Below the pieces are notes generated by a model, which searched no databases, was not told the origin of the DNA, and saw only the letters and a list, made by a program, of their open reading frames with translations. From a virus, in the IMG/VR virus record IMGVR_UViG_3300027806_000001, positions 119,469 to 183,468 of that record: DNA of 64,000 nt; one strand, written 5' to 3'. Below are positions 27,238-36,490 of this stretch, one piece after another. Each line of letters opens with the position of its first letter. Within the stretch, counting starts at the first letter, position 1. Both the position numbers and the translations under genes were made by a program.

Positions 27238-27411
27238 TTACTTCTTTTTCATCTTGGCGCGGATCTCGTCCATCACCCGCTCCAGCTCCCGGATCTCCAC
27301 GATCTCTCGGCCCGAACCGCGGACGATCCTGACCGAGTCCATCCTGGAGTCGACCTGGTCCGGATGGGTGGCTCGGTTCTTTTTTCCTTCCACGGCCTGC
27401 TCCTCGATCAT
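27238..27411 (-). CDS. Small hypothetical protein
   Basis: Start overlaps the upstream stop; GGAGG RBS. Confidence 0.55.
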   Translation of the reverse strand: MIEEQAVEGKKNRATHPDQVDSRMDSVRIVRGSGREIVEIRELERVMDEIRAKMKKK

Positions 27412-27779
27412 AGGGGCTTCCTCCGGGTCTTCCTGACGTACACCTTTCCGTTCGGCTCCATCACGACCAGACCGGCCGACGAGACCGGCCTGCCGGCCAG
27501 GTCGACGAAGGTGGAGTGCAGGTACGGGTTGTACCTGATGCGGCACCTGGGCCTGCCGGTGCGCGAGCCGGGCTCCAGTACCCCCACCGCTCCGGCATGG
27601 ACGTTCTTCTGCCGCGTGAGCAGGACGCGCTGCCTGCCCGCCTCCGAGACCTTGAACACGGCGTCAGACAGGACCACCCGGGCAGCATGGGCGACTACCC
27701 TCCCCGTCGCCGTGTCCTTCACCGACCAGCACCTCCGGTTGAGGTTCCAGTACACCATCGACGTCTTTCGTGTCGTCAC
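27408..27779 (-). CDS. Widespread phage hypothetical protein
   Basis: VYWNLNRRCWSV...FKVSEAGRQRVL..RQKNVHAG...YNPY...FV pattern. Confidence 0.8.
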   Translation of the reverse strand: MTTRKTSMVYWNLNRRCWSVKDTATGRVVAHAARVVLSDAVFKVSEAGRQRVLLTRQKNVHAGAVGVLEPGSRTGRPRCRIRYNPYLHSTFVDLAGRPVSSAGLVVMEPNGKVYVRKTRRKPL

Positions 27780-28260
27780 ATCGCCGCTCCTGTTCTGGCC
27801 TGGTCGCCTGGTAGGCGGGCAGGTCGTTGTATTCCGCAGGCCACAGCCCGCGGGCGATCATCTCCTGGCCGTGCATGATGGCGTCCAGGTTGAATGCGCA
27901 GTGCGCCGCATGGTCCTCGTCCGTCATCCCCATCATGAACTGGAGCAGATGCCGGTTTGCGGACGCCAGGAAGACCGAGAGGGGCATGCCCTTCTCCCAG
28001 TTCCGCTCCCCGTACTTGACCGCACCAAGGGCCATCACCCGGGCCTTCCTCATCGTGGCGAAGGGGCTCAGCAGGTCCGGACGCGGCTTGCCCTCCGCGC
28101 TGTCCCGCTGAGCCCCCGATGAGAACTTCCGGCCGTCGTTGGAGGCGTTGAAGCCGAAGTCCCTGGACGGCGCCTGCGGGCCCCTGAGGGCGGATGTCAG
28201 GCGGCCGGTGGCCATTCCAAGGTCTAGGTGACGGCCCGGCTGTTCCGAATTCTGTGCCAT
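27664..28260 (-). CDS. dATP/dGTP diphosphohydrolase (DUF5664 family)
   Basis: GAQRDSAEGKPRPDLLSP, GAVKYGERNWEKG, ASANRHL, DEDHAAHCAFN. Confidence 0.88.
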   Translation of the reverse strand: MAQNSEQPGRHLDLGMATGRLTSALRGPQAPSRDFGFNASNDGRKFSSGAQRDSAEGKPRPDLLSPFATMRKARVMALGAVKYGERNWEKGMPLSVFLASANRHLLQFMMGMTDEDHAAHCAFNLDAIMHGQEMIARGLWPAEYNDLPAYQATRPEQERRCDDTKDVDGVLEPQPEVLVGEGHGDGEGSRPCCPGGPV

Positions 28261-28281
28261 TGGGTCTTCCTGAGTGCCGGA

Positions 28282-28521
28282 TCAGTAGAAGTTGTCCTGG
28301 GGGGCGACGTGAACCTGCTCCTGCTTCAGGCCCGGCACGGTGCGCAGAAACAGGACCCAGGCGTCTCCCCGGCGCTCCCTTGCGAGCTCCGGATTATCGA
28401 AAATGTAATCCGGATGCCGCAGATAGTCAACCAGGAAGCCGCCCCTTTCGTAGGCCAGCACCCATTTGACCGGGGTTCGTTCTGGTTTTCTTCTCATCGG
28501 GGAAGGGCCTCTGGCCCGCAT
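28282..28521 (-). CDS. Hypothetical protein (79 aa)
   Basis: Co-oriented ORF; start uncertain. Confidence 0.45.
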   Translation of the reverse strand: MRARGPSPMRRKPERTPVKWVLAYERGGFLVDYLRHPDYIFDNPELARERRGDAWVLFLRTVPGLKQEQVHVAPQDNFY

Positions 28522-28951
28522 GCCTCAGCACCAGCTTGCACTTCTCCTGGAGCTCGGCCAACCTGGCCGCGTCCACGGTCGCCAGGCCATCCTCCACCTC
28601 GGCGCCCGCCCCCATCCGGCACACATCATACAGGATGTCGAAGATGCCGGACATGGAGATCCTGGGCTCCAGGCACAGGTCCTCGTCCTCGTAGGGCTTG
28701 GACCCTACCCGGACGCCGAGGATGGACAGGCCGGTCACGGACGGGGAGTCCAGCCAGCCCGCCAGCTCGTCGAACAGGCAGTTCTCGAGGTTGTGCCTGG
28801 CGGGGTTGCGCCCCAGGGCCATGCGGCCCTGGCACTTCGGCGCGTACTCCTTGAGCACGTAGTGGTTGAACGCCGCGGCGCTGGTGATGGCCCCGTCGAT
28901 CGTGAACCCGATTCCGTCCTTCAGCGCGATGCGCTCCGGTTCATCCGGCAT
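28427..28951 (-). CDS. Hypothetical protein (174 aa)
   Basis: GGAGGAG RBS. Confidence 0.65.
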   Translation of the reverse strand: MPDEPERIALKDGIGFTIDGAITSAAAFNHYVLKEYAPKCQGRMALGRNPARHNLENCLFDELAGWLDSPSVTGLSILGVRVGSKPYEDEDLCLEPRISMSGIFDILYDVCRMGAGAEVEDGLATVDAARLAELQEKCKLVLRHAGQRPFPDEKKTRTNPGQMGAGLRKGRLPG

Positions 28952-29183
28952 TTGACTCCTCCCCTGTGTCGGCTCGGTGCTGCCTGGAGAGCTGCCTGGC
29001 GAACGCGGTCACAGGCTCCAGCTCGTGCACGTAGACCGGAACGGTGCGCCCGGTCGACTTCCACTCCTCGGTCGCGTGGCACCACTCCTCGATCCAGGCC
29101 TCGCCGACGTGGCATTCGTCTTCGTACTGAACCTGCATCCGCACGCTCTTGTGCTCCTCGCCCAGCGTGAACTTCGCGATCAT
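28941..29183 (-). CDS. Hypothetical protein (80 aa)
   Basis: AGGAGG RBS; ATGA overlap. Confidence 0.6.
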   Translation of the reverse strand: MIAKFTLGEEHKSVRMQVQYEDECHVGEAWIEEWCHATEEWKSTGRTVPVYVHELEPVTAFARQLSRQHRADTGEESNAG

Positions 29184-29479
29184 GGCTCCTCCTTCACGTC
29201 GGTCAGGGTCTCGGCGTCCAGCACGGGCCGGCGGCCGGCCTGGGCGACCTTTTCCAGGTAATCCATGAGATCCTTCCTCGACTCCGCCGCCAGATGGCAG
29301 GGCCGGCAGGCCCACCCCATCGGCTTGCCGTCCTTCCTGTAGAACACCTCGTGGACGCTGTAGGTCTCCGCGCCCTCCTCGTCGACGGTCCTCATGATCC
29401 TGCAGTTCCAGTGTCCGCTCGAGCAGTCCAGCCCCTGCAGCCTGGGATTGGCAGGAGCCTGGTCGGATTCATCCTTCAT
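29180..29479 (-). CDS. Widespread phage hypothetical protein
   Basis: WNCRI...YSVHEVFY..DGKP..W...P pattern. Confidence 0.7.
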   Translation of the reverse strand: MKDESDQAPANPRLQGLDCSSGHWNCRIMRTVDEEGAETYSVHEVFYRKDGKPMGWACRPCHLAAESRKDLMDYLEKVAQAGRRPVLDAETLTDVKEEP

Positions 29480-29847
29480 CGTCTCACCTTGTTCCTTCTG
29501 TGCGTCACGTCGCACCACTCCCTGTTGGGTCCCCTGACGCTCAGCCGCACGACCTCCATGGTCAGCGCGTCCGTGGTCAGCTCGATCGAATGCAGGTCGC
29601 TCCGCTCCTTGGCCAGCCTGGCGACCGCCCGGGAGGTCACGACCCAGATGTACCTGCCGTGCTTCTCGCCGTAGTTCCACAGCCAGTCGCGGTCCCTGTG
29701 CGCCTGCGCCACGGAGCCGTACGGCCCCCTGAGCACCTGTTCGGCCTCCGGCAGCATGTCGAGGCTCCAGACGCCGTCGTCCAGCTCCGCAGCCTCCTCC
29801 GCGAACCTCCGGCAGAACTCGATGCCCGGCACTATCACGTTCCTCAC
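29476..29847 (-). CDS. Hypothetical protein (GTG start)
   Basis: GTGA overlap; GGAG RBS. Confidence 0.6.
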   Translation of the reverse strand: MRNVIVPGIEFCRRFAEEAAELDDGVWSLDMLPEAEQVLRGPYGSVAQAHRDRDWLWNYGEKHGRYIWVVTSRAVARLAKERSDLHSIELTTDALTMEVVRLSVRGPNREWCDVTHRRNKVRR

Positions 29848-30374
29848 TCCGTCCTCCTTCCTATGGCAGACTCCAGGAACGCATCCATGGTATCCAGCAC
29901 CGCGCCGCCGTCGCCCGAGGACGACGCGCGGACGAGCCTGAAGTACCCCCTGGGGGACTTGGCCCCGATGTTGGTGTGCAGCACCATGTCCTGACCGATG
30001 GCCGCGTTGTAGAAGAACATCGCGGGGAAGCGGCCAGGTGCGCCGCACGCGGCGACGCACCTGGCGAATTCCTCCCACAGCGGCATCGAGTCGAGGGCCT
30101 TGGGGCGGCAGACCAGGTCGTTCAGGCTCCAGGACTGCACCCTGTTGGCCCTCAGGACGTAGGGATGGAGCAGGTCCTCGAGCGCCATCAGGGGCTCGTC
30201 GGACCTCTCCAGCGCCTCCGTCCAGGCCGACTTCTCCACGGGGTTGTCGTGGAAGATCCGGTTCACCAGCTTGCGGCAGACCTTGTTCTCGTAGGAGGCC
30301 TGCCTGTTGGCCTCCCGCTTCTCTCCCAGCCTGCGCACCCCGTCGAAGAAATTCGGTTCGTCTCGCTGCTTCAA
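29844..30374 (-). CDS. Hypothetical protein directly downstream of RecA
   Basis: AGGAG RBS; coding-like. Confidence 0.65.
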   Translation of the reverse strand: MKQRDEPNFFDGVRRLGEKREANRQASYENKVCRKLVNRIFHDNPVEKSAWTEALERSDEPLMALEDLLHPYVLRANRVQSWSLNDLVCRPKALDSMPLWEEFARCVAACGAPGRFPAMFFYNAAIGQDMVLHTNIGAKSPRGYFRLVRASSSGDGGAVLDTMDAFLESAIGRRTE

Positions 30375-30375
30375 G

Positions 30376-31617
30376 TCACTCCTCCTTCGGAGTCTCCTCC
30401 TGGACAGGCCCGCGGTACAGGCTCTGCTCGTACACGTCGGCGTCCTCCTTGGGCAGGCCGAGGCCCTCCCAGACCTTCATGCGGTTGATGCCGAGGGCGT
30501 CCGAGATGCGCTCCCGCAGCTCGACGTTGGCCCGGATGGCCTCCCCCAGCTGCGTGTCCGTCACGGCCACGAGCCCCAGCTCCTTGCAGCTGTACTTGTT
30601 GCCGTTCTCCGTGACGTTCAGGATGTCCGTCAGGCGGCTCTTGACCCCGTTGGGAGACGGATCCGCCAGCATCATGGCCGTGGCGGCGTCCCAGTCGAAC
30701 CAGCACCTGGAGATCTGGCCCGTGCCGGGATCGTTCTCCCAGCGGTACGGGATCTCCAGGTTGCGCTGCGACGTGCCCATGGAGTTCTTGTTCACCTTGA
30801 TCTTGAGGATCTTCTCGGTGAACCCCCGGTTCTTCTTGAACACCGGGGTGGACTTCACCGCGGAGAACCAGAAGTCCAGGACCGCGTGGTAGTCCTGGCC
30901 CGTGCCGCCCGGCTTGCGCTTGGCGCCCGGGATGGGGCTGCCGGGGTCGTCGGACAGGTGGTTGATGTAGATCAGCGAGTAGGGCCGCAGGAAGAGCTTC
31001 TTCGGGATGAACCTGAAGAACTCGTTGTGCGACTTGCACTTGACCATGCCTCCCGTGTTGCGGGGACTGGCCGCGCCCTCCTTGTCGATCCTCTCGCGGC
31101 TCTCCTCGGTGTCGACGCCGCCCAGCGAGTCGACGATGAACATGACCGGGATCTTGTTCAGGCTCTCGTTGACCTCGATGTCCTCGATGGCCTGGGTCAG
31201 CTGCTGCTGCCACTCCTCGGTGTGGAAGGAGAGGAAGTCGATCGTCTTCTGGGTGTTGGCGTATCCGACCACGGCCTGGTACAGGGGCGGGCTCTTCTTG
31301 TTCTCGGTGTCGATGTAGACGCAGATGCCCCCTGCGTCCATGAACAGCCTGGCCATGCTCATGGCGTAGGCGGACTTGCAGCTCTCCTTGGCTCCGGCCA
31401 CGCCGAAGATCTTGCCCATCTGGTAGCACGTGACGTCGGACAGCCAGCGGTACGAGATGTGGTCGCAGGGCAGGCCCCAGACCCTTTCGTGCAGGTCGGA
31501 CGCCAGGCAGACCTGGGAGCCCGACACCTTCGTGGCGCTCTCAATGAGGGCCTTGATGCCCGAGAGCACCGCCGAAGCGGTGCTCTCGGGTGACGGCTTT
31601 TCCTTCTTCTTAGCCAT
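30376..31617 (-). CDS. recA: RecA/UvsX-like recombinase
   Basis: Walker A variant GAKESCKS, YIDTE, Walker B FIVDSLG, IYINHL...PGG, KVNKN. Confidence 0.88.
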   Translation of the reverse strand: MAKKKEKPSPESTASAVLSGIKALIESATKVSGSQVCLASDLHERVWGLPCDHISYRWLSDVTCYQMGKIFGVAGAKESCKSAYAMSMARLFMDAGGICVYIDTENKKSPPLYQAVVGYANTQKTIDFLSFHTEEWQQQLTQAIEDIEVNESLNKIPVMFIVDSLGGVDTEESRERIDKEGAASPRNTGGMVKCKSHNEFFRFIPKKLFLRPYSLIYINHLSDDPGSPIPGAKRKPGGTGQDYHAVLDFWFSAVKSTPVFKKNRGFTEKILKIKVNKNSMGTSQRNLEIPYRWENDPGTGQISRCWFDWDAATAMMLADPSPNGVKSRLTDILNVTENGNKYSCKELGLVAVTDTQLGEAIRANVELRERISDALGINRMKVWEGLGLPKEDADVYEQSLYRGPVQEETPKEE

Positions 31618-31640
31618 TGCGTGTCTCCTTGTTCAGTTTC

Positions 31641-33209
31641 TCAGGCGTTTCCGCTCGGGTGTTCCTTGCGCATCTTCTCCATCGTCTCCCGCATGCGGGC
31701 CGACAGGTCCATCTTGCCGGCCGTCGGAGCGTTCGGCACCGAGGTCACGCCAGGAACCTGCGGGGCCGGAGCCTGCGGAGTCCTCGGAGCCTGCGGGGCC
31801 GGAGCCTGCGGGGCCGGAGCCTGCGGGGCCGGAGCCTGCGGAGTCCTCGGAGCCTGCGGAGTCCTCGGAGCCTGCGGGGCCGGAGCCTGCGGGGCCGGAG
31901 CCTGCGGAGTCCTCGGAGCCTGCGGAGTCCTCGGAGCCTGCGGAGCAGGCGCCCGGGGAGCCGGGGCGCGCGGAGCCGGAGGGGCCTCCCCATCGAGCTG
32001 CTCCTGCCCGTCCTCGCCGCCCTCGTACGAATCAGGCACGCCGACGGACGATCCCGCCGAGATCACGCCGGCACCCTCGAGCGCCCACTCGTCCCCAGGG
32101 AACGCCTCGAGCAGCCACTGGATCTGCAGCTGCTCGTTGTTGTCCGCCAGGTAGTCCGCGATCGGACGGGCCTTCATCAGGACCTCCTCGGGCAGCTGGT
32201 AGCCGCCCATCGCGTCGGCCAGGTTGTCGACCCGGCAGCAGTAGGCGTCCATCTGCGCGGGGCCGGCCTTGTAGCTGGACCAGGTGACGAGCTTCTGCAC
32301 CGACGCGAAGTCGGAGTGCAGGAAGCCGGCCTCCCAGGCAAGCTGGGCGTCGACGTCCTCGTAGATGTCGCCGAACTGCTCGCGGACGTAGTTCTCGTCG
32401 CAGGCCTGGGAGAGAGCCAGGCCGTCGGTGCGCTGGAACCACACGTCGTAGAAGCCCTCCTTGTCGCGGGCGTTCACCGGGCTCTGGATGCCGGTGACCT
32501 GGTTGACGAGCAGCACGCGCTGCTGGGGCCAGCAGGGCTGGTTGTTCTCGTCGACCGTGTAGCTCTTGCCGACGTTGGAGACCATGAACCCGTTGAGCAG
32601 CAGCGTCCGCTTGCCGCGGGCGATGGCCGCCTTGCTGTCAGGGCCGCCGGTGTCGTTCGGCGGGCAGAGCTCGAGGGCCCGGCGCACCTTGGCCGACCGG
32701 GGGTCGACCTGGATGCTCGGGACCGTGCGCTTCAGCGTCCGGTCGAACTTGTAGCCGCCGGCGGTGCGCCAGAGGTAGTCGTAGAGCTTGTACATGGGGC
32801 TGCGGTAGCCCTTGCCCCACTCGCGCTCGACCTGGATGACGGAGCCGTCCTCCCCCTCCTGGATGTTGATCGCGAGGATGTCGCGGCGATTCTTGCGGTC
32901 CGGGTTGTTGCCCACCTTGCGGTAGACGAGGACGTGGTCGAGGCCGTACTGGCCCAGGGTCGGCACGTAGCCGAACTTCTCGTCGCCCCGGACGCCGCCA
33001 CTGGTCATCGCCTGGCTGGCGCCGTGCGACGGGTGCGGAGGCACGAGGATGAAGCTGCACGGGCCCTGGGTGCCCAGGTAGGAGAGCGGCGGAGCCTCGT
33101 CGTTGAGGATCTTCTGCCACTCGGAGCTGCCGTTGCCGTCGCCCCCGGAGGAGGCGTCGTCGCTGATGCGTCGGTTGATGTCACGGAAATTGCGGTTCTG
33201 GCTGGTCAT
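31641..33209 (-). CDS. Probable ssDNA-binding / recombination mediator protein with C-terminal PQA repeats
   Basis: Lies between PolA and RecA; aromatic-rich core, acidic stretch, low-complexity tail; function inferred from position. Confidence 0.5.
   Translation of the reverse strand: MTSQNRNFRDINRRISDDASSGGDGNGSSEWQKILNDEAPPLSYLGTQGPCSFILVPPHPSHGASQAMTSGGVRGDEKFGYVPTLGQYGLDHVLVYRKVGNNPDRKNRRDILAINIQEGEDGSVIQVEREWGKGYRSPMYKLYDYLWRTAGGYKFDRTLKRTVPSIQVDPRSAKVRRALELCPPNDTGGPDSKAAIARGKRTLLLNGFMVSNVGKSYTVDENNQPCWPQQRVLLVNQVTGIQSPVNARDKEGFYDVWFQRTDGLALSQACDENYVREQFGDIYEDVDAQLAWEAGFLHSDFASVQKLVTWSSYKAGPAQMDAYCCRVDNLADAMGGYQLPEEVLMKARPIADYLADNNEQLQIQWLLEAFPGDEWALEGAGVISAGSSVGVPDSYEGGEDGQEQLDGEAPPAPRAPAPRAPAPQAPRTPQAPRTPQAPAPQAPAPQAPRTPQAPRTPQAPAPQAPAPQAPAPQAPRTPQAPAPQVPGVTSVPNAPTAGKMDLSARMRETMEKMRKEHPSGNA
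31754..31945. repeat. In-frame minisatellite of 15-nt and 18-nt units
   Basis: gagcctgcggggccg (x6, PAPQA) and gagcctgcggagtcctcg (x5, PRTPQA); plus-strand order A B A A A B B A A B B. Confidence 0.95.
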
Positions 33210-33240
33210 GGGTCTTTCTCTGGATTTTTTTCTTGCGGGT

Positions 33241-36138
33241 TCACTTGACGTACTTCGCGAGGGAAGGATAGCGGGCCACGTCCTCGTCGGAAAGAGGCTC
33301 GCCCCATCTCACGCACACTTCGGGATCAATCGAAAGCAGCAGGTCCGATCCCGGGATCCTGCAGTTCTCGCACATCGCGGTCGAGACGACCTCCATGGTC
33401 TCCTCGACCTGCTCCACCGGACACTTGAACAGGATCTGATCGTGCACTGACATCAGGATCTTGAACCTCAGGTGCGGCCTCTCGAGCCGCCTCGCGAGGT
33501 ACACGTTGACCAGCGCCAGCGACATGAGGTCGCCGACCGTCCCCTGGATGGGGGAGTTCATGGCCTGGCGCTCCTGATGGGAGAGCATCTCCCGGTCCGT
33601 CGTGGGCTCGAACCGCCTGCGGCGGCCGAACCCGTTCTCCACGTGCCCTACGAGCACCACCGCCGCCTTCAGGGTCTCGAGCCAGTTCGCCAGTTCGGGA
33701 AACGTCGTCTTGAACTTGTTGACCGCGTTCTGGGCCTCCTCCTGCGTGATCTCGATGCCCTCCAGCCGGACCGCCCCGGCGACCGCCGCAGCCCCCCGGC
33801 CGTAGGCGATGCCGAAGACGATCGTCTTGGCGATCGTGCGGAACTTGGTCCACCCCTGCTCCTTGAGCCAGTCCTTCAGGCCCTTGGAGTATTCGGCCGG
33901 AGGCCGCTCGAGCTTGAACATCTCGACGGCCACCTCGGAGTGGAAGTCGGCGTCCGGATCGGACAGCTTGACCTGCATGGCGCTGTCCTTGGCGAGCCAG
34001 GCCATCACGAACAGCTCGGCCTGCTTCCAGTCGCAGTCGAGCAGGCACCACCCCTCCTCCTCGGTGAAGCACGAGCGGATCGGGGGAGGAGGCGACGGAT
34101 CGCCCTTGAACGCCTTGGACACCAGGCCCTCGGCGGTCTTGGGCATCTGCGCCATGTTGGGGTCGCTGTGGCCGTACCGGCCGGTCTCGATCGTCTGCCG
34201 GATCCTGCAGTGGATGCGGCCATCCGGCCAGACCTTGGACAGCAGGCCCTTTTCGACCGAATGCACCCCCGCCTCGTCCTCCTGGAACGAGCCGGTGAAG
34301 TTCTTCACGGTCTGCGCGACCGCGGAGTACAGCTGCATCGCCTCCAGGAACGGATCGTCGGGATGATCGAGCCGGAGGGAGGTCAGCGTCTCCTTGTCCG
34401 TCGACGGCGAGGCTGTCTTCAGGGCCTCGGGCTTGCGGACCACCTCCTCCCACTTGCGGCCGTCGGTCGCCAGCACCGGAGTGAACCTGCGCAGCAGGAC
34501 GCCGGGCGGCACGGCGGCCTCCTTGCCGGGCTTCGACCAGCCGAACATCGCCAGGGCCCTCTGCGGCGGCGAGTCGGGGTTGAACTCCGGCCACTTGAGC
34601 AGGCCCCTGAGCCTGTTGGCCAGCTCGTCCCGCTTGGCGGTGTACTTCTGCGCCAGCAGCACGAGCCTCTCCCGGTCGATCAGCATGCCGGTGTTCTCCA
34701 TCTCCAGGATGGGGAGCGTGGCCGGCATGACGATGTCCCGGAACAGGGAGGAGATCCTCTCGTTGCCAGGGGCCGCCATCTCCTCGCGCTGGATGAGGAA
34801 GATCCTGAAGGTGCCGTCGGCGTCGGCCGCCGCGTACGGCTCCAGGATCTCGTCAGGGATGCCTCCGTAGCCCAGCGTCTCGAGGTCGTACTTGTTGGAC
34901 TTGATCCACTGCGACAGCGGCAGGTCGTACCTGCCCAGGTCGGTGTGCCTGGCGATGTAGTTCTCGAGGCCCTGGGGCCAGTTCTCGTCCAGCAGGTGCC
35001 CGGCGAGGCCGGTGTCCCAGCCTCCGAGGACCCCGAGCTCGACGTCGACCCCGTGGTGCTGCAGCCATGGCAGGTCGGCGCGGATGAAGTGCGCGACCAG
35101 ACCCAGGTCCTTGATCAGCCTGCGGATCTCCGCCCAGGTCTCCTCGTGGCGCTCCTGCAGCTCGGTGGGTGTCTTCCCAGCCCCGTGCAGCACTACCACG
35201 AGGGCCTTGCCAGGGGCCCACGAGAACTGGACGCACCTCAGCCAGCCGTCCTGAGGGTTGGAGCCGCCCCACTCGCAGTCGACCGAGACGTACCCGACCG
35301 CCTCCCGCCGGATGCGGTCGACGTGCTCCCTGAGCTGCTCGACGCCGCGGCAGTAGATGTACTCGGTCTCGACTCGCTCCTGAGCCTTGGCGGGCCCGGC
35401 CAGCTCGTTGGCCAGCCTGGAGAGCTCGAGGCCGATCGGACCGCGGTTCTCGGGCGAGTACTGGATGGACGAGAAGTCCATGACCGCCGCGGTGCGGACC
35501 CCCAGCGGGCTCTCCTCGGCGGACAGGGTCCTGCCCCTCATGGAATCGGCCGTGGCCTTGGCGCCCAGCACGGCCTTGAGGACCTTGCTGCCCAGGAGCA
35601 CGACCATCTCCGGCCCGACCACCTCGATCTCGCGCTTCAGCGCCGGCATGAAGGAATCGACCAGGTCCTTTGGGATGGCCGGCTTCTTGCCGTCGACGCT
35701 GTGCTTGACGAGCGTGGTGTAGTAGCAGTCGGACGGGAAGCCGGACTTGGCGGCCAGGGCCTCGAACTCCGGCACCCAGTCTCCGTGCATCAGGCGGCAC
35801 GCCTGGGTCTCGGCCGTGTTGGGCCAGGATCCCACCAGCATGACCCGGGCCTCCCGCGGGCCCTCCTCCTTGGTGGTCACGTGGATGCCCGGCAGCAGCA
35901 CCACCTGCTGCAGCCTCGACGCCTCCTCGGCCGGCACGGTCATGCAGGTCACCTGGCGCAGCATCTCGTCGAACGCCCAGGCCACCTGCTGCCCGGTCTC
36001 CTCGGCCCTGCGGACCGCGATGGCGCCGTAGCGCTCCAGGTCCGGGTTCACCGGCGGCTTCTCGACCACCGCCTTCTTCCTGCCCTTGGACGAAACGGCC
36101 GCCTCTCCGGCGGCCTCAGACTTGCCCTTGGATGTCAT
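33241..36138 (-). CDS. polA: Family A DNA polymerase with N-terminal UDG-like domain and 3'-5' exonuclease
   Basis: UDG4-like VMLVGSWP...YYTTLVKH...KREIEVVGPEMVVLLG; exonuclease VSVDCE, YAAADAD; motif A DCDWKQAEL, motif B RTIAKTIVFGIAYG, motif C VHDQ. Confidence 0.95.
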   Translation of the reverse strand: MTSKGKSEAAGEAAVSSKGRKKAVVEKPPVNPDLERYGAIAVRRAEETGQQVAWAFDEMLRQVTCMTVPAEEASRLQQVVLLPGIHVTTKEEGPREARVMLVGSWPNTAETQACRLMHGDWVPEFEALAAKSGFPSDCYYTTLVKHSVDGKKPAIPKDLVDSFMPALKREIEVVGPEMVVLLGSKVLKAVLGAKATADSMRGRTLSAEESPLGVRTAAVMDFSSIQYSPENRGPIGLELSRLANELAGPAKAQERVETEYIYCRGVEQLREHVDRIRREAVGYVSVDCEWGGSNPQDGWLRCVQFSWAPGKALVVVLHGAGKTPTELQERHEETWAEIRRLIKDLGLVAHFIRADLPWLQHHGVDVELGVLGGWDTGLAGHLLDENWPQGLENYIARHTDLGRYDLPLSQWIKSNKYDLETLGYGGIPDEILEPYAAADADGTFRIFLIQREEMAAPGNERISSLFRDIVMPATLPILEMENTGMLIDRERLVLLAQKYTAKRDELANRLRGLLKWPEFNPDSPPQRALAMFGWSKPGKEAAVPPGVLLRRFTPVLATDGRKWEEVVRKPEALKTASPSTDKETLTSLRLDHPDDPFLEAMQLYSAVAQTVKNFTGSFQEDEAGVHSVEKGLLSKVWPDGRIHCRIRQTIETGRYGHSDPNMAQMPKTAEGLVSKAFKGDPSPPPPIRSCFTEEEGWCLLDCDWKQAELFVMAWLAKDSAMQVKLSDPDADFHSEVAVEMFKLERPPAEYSKGLKDWLKEQGWTKFRTIAKTIVFGIAYGRGAAAVAGAVRLEGIEITQEEAQNAVNKFKTTFPELANWLETLKAAVVLVGHVENGFGRRRRFEPTTDREMLSHQERQAMNSPIQGTVGDLMSLALVNVYLARRLERPHLRFKILMSVHDQILFKCPVEQVEETMEVVSTAMCENCRIPGSDLLLSIDPEVCVRWGEPLSDEDVARYPSLAKYVK

Positions 36139-36165
36139 GCTTTGCTCCTGTTCCTGATTCCATGG

Positions 36166-36357
36166 TCAGATCTTGATGTCGGTGATGTCGGCCGGACCGT
36201 CGACCATCGTTATGGAGTCCCACTCCTCGTTGAAACCCTCGGTCTCGTGCAGGTAATCGACGAGCCTCTTGACCGTGATGAGCCTGTCGCTCGTCACGCG
36301 GTAGACGAACGAGCCCGCATTGCGGAACTCGACGACCACAAGCGCCTGGTACTTCAC
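36166..36357 (-). CDS. Hypothetical protein (63 aa)
   Basis: GTGA overlap with the upstream small gene. Confidence 0.6.
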   Translation of the reverse strand: MKYQALVVVEFRNAGSFVYRVTSDRLITVKRLVDYLHETEGFNEEWDSITMVDGPADITDIKI

Positions 36358-36464
36358 GCGCCACCCCCAAACAGCAGCCAGCCGATGGCTATGCCGACAA
36401 TGCAGCCGATCGCGAATCCCGCGCCAGCGGCGATGAACCCGAATCGGAGTACCGCGACCCCCAT
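36354..36464 (-). CDS. Small single-pass membrane peptide (36 aa), not in the ORF track
   Basis: MGVAVLRFGFIAAGAGFAIGCIVGIAIGWLLLFGGGA; stop overlaps the next GTG. Confidence 0.5.
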   Translation of the reverse strand: MGVAVLRFGFIAAGAGFAIGCIVGIAIGWLLFGGGA

Positions 36465-36490
36465 CTCGTCGTACAGTTGATTACCCCAGT

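Noticed and set aside
31754-31945. Repeat array as a possible CRISPR
   Set aside because: No unique spacers; unit lengths are multiples of three and lie in frame in a CDS; no cas genes
27664-36138. Calling this a Z-genome (2-aminoadenine) phage
   Set aside because: No purZ or datZ in the window; DUF5664 alone is insufficient
33472-36480. 1002-aa plus-strand ORF, and similar giant ORFs at 46912..51258, 58724..62866, 59826..62414, 37538..40042, 20656..23205 and 2944..5145
   Set aside because: Shadow frames of real genes, caused by high GC3 and scarce stops; R/G/P/A-rich with no motifs. Only the last 365 codons of 37538..40042 are a real gene.
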